A DNA stretch of 64,000 bases, taken from Candidatus Latescibacterota bacterium (GTDB lineage Bacteria; Latescibacterota; UBA2968; GCA-2709665). A program made the position numbers and the translations under genes. Below the pieces are notes generated by a model, which ran no database searches, was not told the origin of the DNA, and was given only the letters and a program-made list of their open reading frames with translations. The DNA lies in NCBI GenBank assembly GCA_965116875.1, contig OZ220733.1:3328001-3392000 (forward strand), read 5' to 3'. Within the stretch, counting starts at the first letter, position 1, and every line of letters starts with the position of its first letter. This document shows positions 56,297 through 64,000 of the stretch, piece by piece.

Positions 56297-58696
56297 CTAC
56301 CCGCATTCAGGCCTTTTGTGGCCAATTTGACTGTAGTCTTTTTTCTGATTGAGGTTGTGCGGTGATCGGTTATCTGTGAGATCCGCGGTCTCCACCAGTT
56401 TCCACGTGTTTCCGCGATCCGGTGACATCATCAGCGAACGGCGGCTTTCCGGGTGGTCGTTCCTGTAGAACCAGTAGGTGGAGAAGTAGTCGTACGAGAG
56501 GAACAGCCGCCCGATGCGGTCTATAGTGAGCCGGTGGTAGAACACGCTGTATTCGGAGAACGGCGGCACGACGAGGACCCGGGGTTCCTGCCAGGCCCCT
56601 TCCGCGGGGCGATGCTGATGGGCCAGCGTCGCGTAGTTGCCGGCCGGGAAGTAGCTGGTGCCGTTCCACCAGAGTCTGAAGGCCGAATGCAGCGTGTCCT
56701 CCGGGTCGCAAACGAAGCCGATGTAGGTCTGCCGGGCGTCCGGCCATGCATCGCGGGGTTCCGTCCAGCCGGCGTCAGCCGTGTTCGAGCCCAGCGATCG
56801 TGCATACGGGAAGGGACATCCATGGGTTCCGGACAGCGCGTGCAGATAACCCCGGCTGTCCATGGTGATGCTGGGAGAATTGTGGATGTCGTTCGCGGGC
56901 GGACCGTAACCGACCAGTGCGGGCGCGCCCATCTGCCGCGTCTCCCTGTCGACGGTGGCGACGTACGTGGGCACGCCGGGGACGTCCTCGCCGGGGTCGG
57001 TCGCTTCGGCCCAGATGACGTTTACTCTGCCTTCTCTCGAGACAACCGAAGCGGGGATCCCGGAATGCTGGGAAAGGCCGATGCACCGATCGGAGACGAG
57101 TATCGGTTCGCCCAACGAAAGGCCGCGGGACGTCTTCTCGGGCAGGAAGAGCTCCAGGTCATTGACTTTTCGCCAGAACAGGCGCGCATCTTCCTCGGTG
57201 CGGGCGTAGCGGAGAACCGGAGGCGGTCCGTCACAGGAATTATGGCCGGTAAACCATTCGATATCGAAAGTACGCGGACAATCCTCTCTGCCGGGAATCG
57301 CGCATGCGGAGAAGGTGCGACCCTGGTCCGAGGAGTACAGCAGGTTGGGTTGACCGTTGACATTGGCTACAATATATAGTAGATTCTCCGAGTCGAAGGC
57401 AATCTTGGTGGATGCAGTTCCATCAGCGGCGTTGTCAATGCCGCGTACGGAACTTCCGAAGTCGGACTCGGTCCAGCGGCCGTCGCGCAAGGCGCTGATC
57501 CCTTTTTCGGTCCGTACGAATGGACGGTTTTCGAGATCGAAATAGATCTGGTTCTCTACGGGAAGATCGGGCACGAAACCGAACTGTGCGTTTTCATGTT
57601 CGTAGGGCTTCAATACCAGGGGCAGTCTGATGGGCCGCCGGACGGGTGAGGTTCCCGCCCTCAGCGTCAGCGTTGAATAGGTGGATATTTCCGGGTAGGT
57701 ATCGGACGTGGCCCTCAGCCGGCACGTAAGGACGTCATCTTCACCTGCCGAATCCGGCATGGCGTAACGGGCGGTGACGCGAGTGCGTTCCATTGGGCCC
57801 AGATCGACGGTGTCCGTGGAGAGCCGGACGGGGAGGGTGGATGCCCCGTCTGTTTCAGGCGTCAGCCGCACGGTTTGCGCCCTTTTGGAACTGTTTCTGA
57901 CGACGAAGTCGATCGCGCCGGACGCTCCGGCGCGGACGTACAGGTTTCGGTTGTAGGGTGTGAGCAGCCAGCGGCAGGCGTGGAGGGGGAAGAAGGATTC
58001 CGGGTTCGGGCTCCAGTACGACATGTTTACGTGGGGGTCGTCGTCGGACCAGCGCGTGACGCCGTCGACGTGGATAACGGCTTGCTGGACGGGCAGGTGG
58101 AGGCGCCAGGGCGTGGAACGGCGATCGTCTGCCGGAAACGTATGCGTGACGCGCCCGTTCCGGACCGCAAGGGTATCCACGGGGTTTCCGGCAGCATCGA
58201 ACACGGTCAGCGCTTCTACAGAATCGGGCAGGTCTTCGATTTCGACGTCGAACGTGCTCCGGGGTGGAAGAAAGCAAACGTTGCCGGGATGCTCCGGCGC
58301 GAGCAGGACGATGGGTTCCTGGTGCCTGGCGTCCTTGTGACCGCGGGACGTCTCGATGAGGTAATGCCTGCAGTTGGTCCGAAACGCCCAGACGATCTCC
58401 TCGCCGTACCGGTCATTAGATATCGTGATGTTGAGTTTGTAGATGCCTTTGTGGTTGACATGCGTCGACAACCGTGTATGTTGAACAGGGCCGTTGCCAT
58501 CGCCGGGACCGGAATCGGGAATCGTCACCTCCTGAATGACCCTTCGGTCCGGCGTAATCAGAAGCGCGCGCAGGTCCGTGCGGCGATTGTGGACGTTCCG
58601 GTCTCGTTTCTGCAGGTCAATGACAAGTTCACCGGGCTCGGCAAGAAAATACGCACCTCCCGCGCCGCCGATACCCCATCGAATCGTCGAATCCAT
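56297..58696 (-). CDS. BNR-4/Asp-box beta-propeller protein
   Basis: SSDQGRTF and SPDRGNTW Asp boxes; DIHNSPSITMDSRGYLH..SGTH. Confidence 0.75.
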   Translation of the reverse strand: MDSTIRWGIGGAGGAYFLAEPGELVIDLQKRDRNVHNRRTDLRALLITPDRRVIQEVTIPDSGPGDGNGPVQHTRLSTHVNHKGIYKLNITISNDRYGEEIVWAFRTNCRHYLIETSRGHKDARHQEPIVLLAPEHPGNVCFLPPRSTFDVEIEDLPDSVEALTVFDAAGNPVDTLAVRNGRVTHTFPADDRRSTPWRLHLPVQQAVIHVDGVTRWSDDDPHVNMSYWSPNPESFFPLHACRWLLTPYNRNLYVRAGASGAIDFVVRNSSKRAQTVRLTPETDGASTLPVRLSTDTVDLGPMERTRVTARYAMPDSAGEDDVLTCRLRATSDTYPEISTYSTLTLRAGTSPVRRPIRLPLVLKPYEHENAQFGFVPDLPVENQIYFDLENRPFVRTEKGISALRDGRWTESDFGSSVRGIDNAADGTASTKIAFDSENLLYIVANVNGQPNLLYSSDQGRTFSACAIPGREDCPRTFDIEWFTGHNSCDGPPPVLRYARTEEDARLFWRKVNDLELFLPEKTSRGLSLGEPILVSDRCIGLSQHSGIPASVVSREGRVNVIWAEATDPGEDVPGVPTYVATVDRETRQMGAPALVGYGPPANDIHNSPSITMDSRGYLHALSGTHGCPFPYARSLGSNTADAGWTEPRDAWPDARQTYIGFVCDPEDTLHSAFRLWWNGTSYFPAGNYATLAHQHRPAEGAWQEPRVLVVPPFSEYSVFYHRLTIDRIGRLFLSYDYFSTYWFYRNDHPESRRSLMMSPDRGNTWKLVETADLTDNRSPHNLNQKKDYSQIGHKRPECG

Positions 58697-59050
58697 AGGT
58701 CTTCGCCTCTTGTTGGTGGTTGATCCCTCGCAGCTGGTACAAGTATAAGGTTGAGGGTCGTCAATTGAAACGAAAATAAGTCCGGGGCAGGGTCTGTGGA
58801 TCTGCATTTCGCAGACCGGCGCCCGGAGTGCGTTGCCCCGTCTGCTTCCGGACACAACGTTGGATTTTTGGAACGAAGAAGCGATCTGCGAAGTCGAAGA
58901 GCAATGAAGGTTTCACGCCTGGATGTTGGCTCTTCCATGGACGCTGCAGATTCACAACCCTGACGTAACCGGCCCGTAACACGAAAAATTATATTGTGCA
59001 GCTGATGTTTTTTGTCGCGGTTTGGTATATCTACCGTGAGGGGGGACAAG

Positions 59051-59821
59051 ATGAAGTTCGTGCTGCATCGGTTTGAAGGATCCATCCTGTCAATTCTGGC
59101 CGCCCAGCGGGACAGACGCAAGCGCTTTCAACTGCTTCTTGAGGATCGACGGACCGGAATCCAGGTGGAAAAGCGGGACAAGAACCCGGAAGCGGACCTG
59201 AAACGGCGGTATCGACAGGTTCTCGGCCTTTCCTTCGCGCTTTCCGTAGCATTGCATGCCGGAATCGCCGTACTGTTTCCAACCCTGGATATTCAGGCTA
59301 CGACTTCCAAGCCGGACCAGATCGTGATTCATGTGGAGGACCTTCCCGAGACCCGGCAGATCACACGTCCGCCGCCGCCGCCCCGTCCCGCCCTGCCGAT
59401 CGAAACCGAAAGCGATGACGTACCGGACGACGTGACCATCGAGACGACCGATCTCGAATTGGAAGACGTGCCGGTGGATCTTCCACCGCCTCCGACGGCA
59501 GAGAATGAATCCATTCTCATCGAAGAGGAGGAAATCCTGGAAGTCTGGAAGGTGGAGCAGAAGCCCAGGCTGATCAGGCGGGCGATCCCTGATTATCCGG
59601 CGTTTGCACTGCGTGCCGGCCTGCAAGGATCGGTGATGTTGAAAGTGCTTCTTGGCCGGGACGGCAAAGCGGAGCAGATCCAGGTGCTGAAAGGCGAGGA
59701 GATCTTCCGGGCATCGGCCAGGGAAGCCGTGAGCAAGTTCCTGTTCGAACCGGCCCGCCAGAGCGACCGTCCGGTAAAGGTGTGGCTCGTAATTCCCATA
59801 CACTTCAAGCTGCAGGACTGA
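59051..59821 (+). CDS. tonB: Energy transducer TonB
   Basis: SVALH TM motif, Pro-rich linker, PDYP..A...G.QG.V, FEPA, IPIHFKL. Start uncertain. Confidence 0.85.
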   Translation: MKFVLHRFEGSILSILAAQRDRRKRFQLLLEDRRTGIQVEKRDKNPEADLKRRYRQVLGLSFALSVALHAGIAVLFPTLDIQATTSKPDQIVIHVEDLPETRQITRPPPPPRPALPIETESDDVPDDVTIETTDLELEDVPVDLPPPPTAENESILIEEEEILEVWKVEQKPRLIRRAIPDYPAFALRAGLQGSVMLKVLLGRDGKAEQIQVLKGEEIFRASAREAVSKFLFEPARQSDRPVKVWLVIPIHFKLQD

Positions 59822-60003
59822 GTCTGCGCGAAGTCCGAATTATTGCAAAATGGCGGAAAATCCGTTACATTCATTAATTGAATGCTGTGTCCCGAGAATG
59901 ACTTCCCCTTGCCATCCCTACTCTGTTGTCACTCTTCTTTCCAGCAGAGACAACCGACAGCTCAATCAGAGATTCCTCAAGTTCACAATTGCAAACGTAA
60001 CCC

Positions 60004-61140
60004 ATGAGGTCAGCCTTGTTAACCAGGATCCGCAGTCTGTTCGTTTTCTCGCTCGTCGCTGCCGTGAGCTGGGGCTGCGTTGCAGATGGCCTGCCTGAAA
60101 AGATCGAGATCGGCGTCGCACTCCCGCTGACCGGCCCGCAGATCTTATACGGCGCGCCGGCGTGGGAAGGCATCCAGTTCGCCCTTGAAGAAATCAACGG
60201 TTCATCGATACTCGGGGGCTCAAGCATCGAGTTCATCAGGGAGGATTCGCGAGGCACGGTTGATGCCGCCACGAAAGCGTTCAATAAACTTATCAAAGAG
60301 GACAGTGTGTCCGTCATCCTAGGTCCCGGTATCTCCACCGTGGCGAAGGAGGTGTTTCCGATCGCTCAACAGAGCGAGGTCCTGGCTTTAAGTCCGACAT
60401 CGACCGCCGTCGGACTGAGCGCGATCGGCGACTATATCTTCCGCACGGGCCTCAACGTTGGTACGCTCGCTCCAGGCGCCGTCAAGGGTACGAAGGAGAA
60501 ACTGGGGTATCGAAGAGTGGCGATTATGGTCGATTCGACCGACGTGTATTCCCGCAGCCTGGACGAGGAATTGCGCAACGCCCTGGCCGAGAACGAGGTC
60601 CAGATTCTGACAAGGGAGACTTTTGCAACGGGCGACACCTCATTTTCCGACCAGCTGAGCAGAATAATGGCTTTGAAGCCCCATGCCGTGTTTGTCTCGT
60701 GTCTGGCGGCGGAAATGATTCAAGTTCTGGTCAACGCCCACGAGGTTGGGATCCCTTCAACGATTCCTATGATCATACCTGAACTGTCCCTGGCCGAAGT
60801 TAAGAAAGCGGGCGACGCCGCCGAGGGCGCGATTTCCGTATTGAGTTGGGCAAGCAACGCTTCCACACCCGGGAACCAGGCCTTCGTTGAAAATTACATC
60901 GCCAGGTACGGCTACGAACCGCATCCCTGGGGCGCGATTTCTTACGTCTCGCTGCTTGTTCTCGCCAACGCAATCGCGGAAACCGGATCGATGGACGCCA
61001 GTGAAATCAAACGCGCGATGATCAATACCCGGGAGGTTGATACGATTCTGGGGCGTTTCTCGTTCAATCCCGATGGCGACGCGGTTTACAATCCCATTGT
61101 GCTGAAGGTGCGGAACGGTACCTTTGAAGTCTTCAAGTAA
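60004..61140 (+). CDS. ABC substrate-binding protein (Leu/Ile/Val-type), probable lipoprotein
   Basis: IGVALPLTG, EDSRG, VILGP, YIFR, FSFNPDGD; lipobox-like SWGC. Confidence 0.88.
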   Translation: MRSALLTRIRSLFVFSLVAAVSWGCVADGLPEKIEIGVALPLTGPQILYGAPAWEGIQFALEEINGSSILGGSSIEFIREDSRGTVDAATKAFNKLIKEDSVSVILGPGISTVAKEVFPIAQQSEVLALSPTSTAVGLSAIGDYIFRTGLNVGTLAPGAVKGTKEKLGYRRVAIMVDSTDVYSRSLDEELRNALAENEVQILTRETFATGDTSFSDQLSRIMALKPHAVFVSCLAAEMIQVLVNAHEVGIPSTIPMIIPELSLAEVKKAGDAAEGAISVLSWASNASTPGNQAFVENYIARYGYEPHPWGAISYVSLLVLANAIAETGSMDASEIKRAMINTREVDTILGRFSFNPDGDAVYNPIVLKVRNGTFEVFK

Positions 61141-61277
61141 GCCAATCGATGGCCCCTGCTGAGACATTGAGCACGGAGGTCCTTTTCCCGGATATACTTG
61201 ATAATTTCAGTCTATCTGGAACTCTTGTACTTATAGATCTGAAATAGCCCGTTTAATCAGGGACTCGTACATGCGAA

Positions 61278-61305
61278 GGGCGCCGGATTTTCCGGCGCCC
61301 CTTTT
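61278..61305. terminator. Hairpin terminator between convergent genes
   Basis: GGGCGCCGGA/TCCGGCGCCC followed by CTTTT. Confidence 0.6.
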
Positions 61306-61494
61306 CGTGTCGCCTATATGGACGCAGGAGTGCAGCCCGTTACACGCCGTTCTACATTGCGCCCATGTGGCATCTGTAGGGGTCTGCCTGCTGACGACGG
61401 CGAGGCAGGCAACCCTTGTGGTTGACCGTATCATTGCGCGGATATCGCCGGTTCACTTCGCCAGGCCCTATCGTTAACCGGGTTTGGCTGACCG

Positions 61495-62580
61495 CTAACA
61501 ACGGATAGCTGACAGCTTTTTCTTGAGAAACGCGTACGCGATTTCCCGCTGCGCGTCGGCGAAGCCGTGGCCTTCTTCGTGCAGGACCTGTCGGAAATTG
61601 TCTTTGACACCATATAGTGAAAAGACGCGTGAGACCGATTCGCCCATGCGCGCCAGAACCGGGCGCGTGAGATGGGTTTCCTCGCTGCTGTACTGAAAAT
61701 CGTTGAGCGCGGTAATGTGCATGATGGCGCGGGGCGCGGCCAGCGCCAGGTATTCGTGGACCTCGATCGGAAAGGGCTTGCCGGTCTGACAGTACGGCCT
61801 CAGGTAGGGGCGGCCCACCCACCAGCCGGTGCGCGCATGGTTGAAAGGGTTTTTGGAAAACCGGACGGGCCAGTCGCCGCAACTCGCCACGCCGGCCAGG
61901 ACGCGCGGCTCGAGCGCCATCGCGTGGATGGTGATCCCGCCCCCCTGGGAATGGCCGATGGATCCGATGCGCCCGGCGTCCGCCTCCGGAATGGTTTCGA
62001 GGAGGTCGACGGCCCGGCTCACGTCACACAGATCCTTGCCGCGGATGGACCACTCGGGGAACTTCTCGTAAAAGGGCGCGGTGTCGAAGTCGCGCAGGCC
62101 CTCGTATTTCCGTTCGTTGGCGCTCAACAGGTCGTACGAAAGCGTGACGAAGCCGCGCCGGACCAGATGAAGCGCATACGCGCGGTCCTGCCCCTTCTCA
62201 GTGGGATCGTTTCCGATAACCTGCTCTCTCCCGTACGGCGTGGTGGGATGGATGCAGAGTACGGCGGGCGCCTTTCCGTTCAATCCCGCGGGGATGAGCG
62301 CGTCGGCGACGATGCGTTCATCCGGCCCCACGTTGTACGCGATGCTTCGCTTGACGTGGTCGCCGTGTTCGAATTCCGAGACGATTTCGGCGTCCAGCGG
62401 GCACGTCTCCACGGGGCCTCGGCCCAGGGTCTGACGGAAGATGGTCCGAAGCGCGTCCGCTTTCGTCTCCCATTCTTCCACGGTGTCGATCCTGCCGATG
62501 TGCGACGCCCCGCCGCCCATCGTGAGGCCGTCTCCGCCTTTTCGAATTTCCAGAAGGTCGTCGAACGAGACGTCGGTCAT
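61495..62580 (-). CDS. Alpha/beta hydrolase (dienelactone hydrolase/acetyl-esterase-like)
   Basis: PAVLCIH, GHSQGG nucleophile elbow, LAAPR, GHGF; GGAG RBS. Confidence 0.85.
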   Translation of the reverse strand: MTDVSFDDLLEIRKGGDGLTMGGGASHIGRIDTVEEWETKADALRTIFRQTLGRGPVETCPLDAEIVSEFEHGDHVKRSIAYNVGPDERIVADALIPAGLNGKAPAVLCIHPTTPYGREQVIGNDPTEKGQDRAYALHLVRRGFVTLSYDLLSANERKYEGLRDFDTAPFYEKFPEWSIRGKDLCDVSRAVDLLETIPEADAGRIGSIGHSQGGGITIHAMALEPRVLAGVASCGDWPVRFSKNPFNHARTGWWVGRPYLRPYCQTGKPFPIEVHEYLALAAPRAIMHITALNDFQYSSEETHLTRPVLARMGESVSRVFSLYGVKDNFRQVLHEEGHGFADAQREIAYAFLKKKLSAIRC

Positions 62581-62755
62581 TTCAGGTCTCCGTTTACGTG
62601 CGCATGCGCGATGGGGAATCACGCAACATGGATGGACAGGATAGACAGGATGAAAGGTACCCGGCGGGTGTCTGCCTGCGCATCATAGCCTCCAATATAA
62701 GCAACAGACTGTCCGGCAAAAACAACTTGAACGAGCGCTTAACCCTGCCGCCCAA

Positions 62756-62975
62756 ACCTCTCTACACGGCCCGTTGCAAAGCGATCAGCGGTCAGCCGTC
62801 AGCTAAAGGCGAAAGGCAAAAGCAACCCCTCACCACCCCGCAGACCTCTCTCCCCGGCCCGTCGCAAAGCAATCAGCGGTCAGCCGTCAGCTAAAGGCGA
62901 AAGGCAAAAGCAACCCCCTCCGCCCAGCCCCGCCGACCTCTCTCCCCGGCCCTCTCTCCTAAAGGAAAGAGGGAG
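62756..62975. repeat. ~90-bp tandem repeat (2+ copies) ending in CCCTCT-type hairpin
   Basis: ATCAGCGGTCAGCCGTCAGCTAAAGGCGAAAGGCAAAAGCAACCCC occurs twice; ACCTCTCT...GGCCC three times. Confidence 0.85.
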
Positions 62976-63187
62976 AAAGGCCAGGTTTCGCGTGCTGGTC
63001 ATTAATAGACATTCTGATTGACAAGGAAGCGCCGCCGGTTTTCCGCTTTCCTCAGCAATCTGCTTCCATTCGATTCTTGCGAGAGTCCGATTGCAGAAGT
63101 GACAGATGTCAAAGTTACCGCTACTTCTTCCTTTTTCATTCTTCCTTCTTCCTTCCTTCAGGAAGGGGGGTAGGGGGTAGGTCGGAA

Positions 63188-63300
63188 GGGCGGGTAGACG
63201 TGAGACGGAAGACGTGAGAGATTGCCTGCCTTGTCAGGTTTCTTCTCCTGCCGGAGGCAAGAAGGAATAGAGTATCGGGCAAGGGCTTCTTCTACCGTCT
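63188..63300. repeat. Second copy of the IS1111 target repeat
   Basis: Homologous, not identical, to 54597-54704; ends in the same TTCTTCTACCGTCT. Confidence 0.8.
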
Positions 63301-64000
63301 ACTATGTTAAAAGTCAAGAGAAAACGACCATATGTTGGCCTCAGATGCTGGGGTTACTCTACCATTATGCGTACCTATGCGACGCGTTCATTCCGACACG
63401 CTCGACGAGCGTGTCGGAATGAACGAAATAAACGTCATTGAGGCCTGAATGGTTCCCTGCCGCACGACAGCAGTAGGGACCAGGCGTACGGTGTTCGCTG
63501 TTGGATGGCCTCAGATGCTGGGGCAACGCTACCAATCTACTATTCGTAGTCGCCTGGTGCAGGCGCTGACATGTCATTTATCCGGAGCCGTGCGATAGGG
63601 GACGGGGCGTGCAAACTTCACTTACGTAGTACCCTGTGGGTCTACAAGACGGTAGGCGCCGTCCCCTGTACTCCGCGATCAAAAGCGGTGCGTGCGCAGG
63701 CATCTGTTGCGACCGTGTGTTCACCCGGCGATGAGGCCCAGCTGATAGGGCTCTCCATTCAGCAGGATCCTGCGCATACGGCCCACCAGGATTCTGGCAA
63801 CACCGACGATGGCGCGTTTGCCACCGGCACGCACCTTCAAGTGTTCGTATTTTTTCTGCATCGCGGGATCTTTCTCGATCAGGCGCCAGGCCGCCTGGGT
63901 AAGTAACGCACGTACAATGGGCTTTCCCTGGCGGGTGATGCGCCCGTGCCTCACGTGCTCGCCCGACGAGTGCTGGCCGGGCGTCAGCCCCACGTAGGCC
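63301..64000 (-). mobile_element. Second IS1111 copy (truncated by window edge), including ncRNA region and transposase 3' end at 63721
   Basis: Near-identical to 54705-55404; one visible change (MQEKY versus MQKKY). Confidence 0.95.

Noticed and set aside
62756-62975. CRISPR array or c-di-GMP riboswitch (GCGAAAG/GCAAA motifs)
   Set aside because: It is a plain tandem duplication with no unique spacers; the riboswitch stems could not be built.

Overview
GC-rich bacterial chromosomal window. The gene mix (sulfatase, heparinase-like lyase, Gfo/Idh/MocA, PhyH, ankyrin, TonB/Omp85 proteins) suggests a Gram-negative Gemmatimonadota/Latescibacterota-like organism; this is inference only. In order: the 3' end of a Mo-hydroxylase L-M-S operon; sugar oxidoreductases; a minus-strand outer-membrane cluster (two patatin-Omp85 paralogs, a kinase-like-Omp85 fusion, DUF4956, an SdiA-regulated propeller); a heparinase II/III-like gene; a TPP-riboswitch thiO-S-G-(tenI)-D-E operon; sulfatase, cinA and infA; a complete IS1380; TA remnants; TBDR/MFS; an Lhr helicase; and two copies of an IS110/IS1111 element. 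Highlights: (1) In the IS1111 element the CT core, sub-terminal IRs, circle-junction promoter and bridge-RNA target and donor loops can be read by eye. It also carries an extra repeat-delimited 170-bp module with a candidate third guide loop. (2) A stand-alone ~115-nt rod-shaped sRNA with its own promoter and U-tract. (3) A ~107-bp non-coding element conserved upstream of three unrelated genes. (4) A restriction-type head domain fused to a nitrilase, sitting between REP doublets. All calls come from reading motifs by eye; no searches were run.
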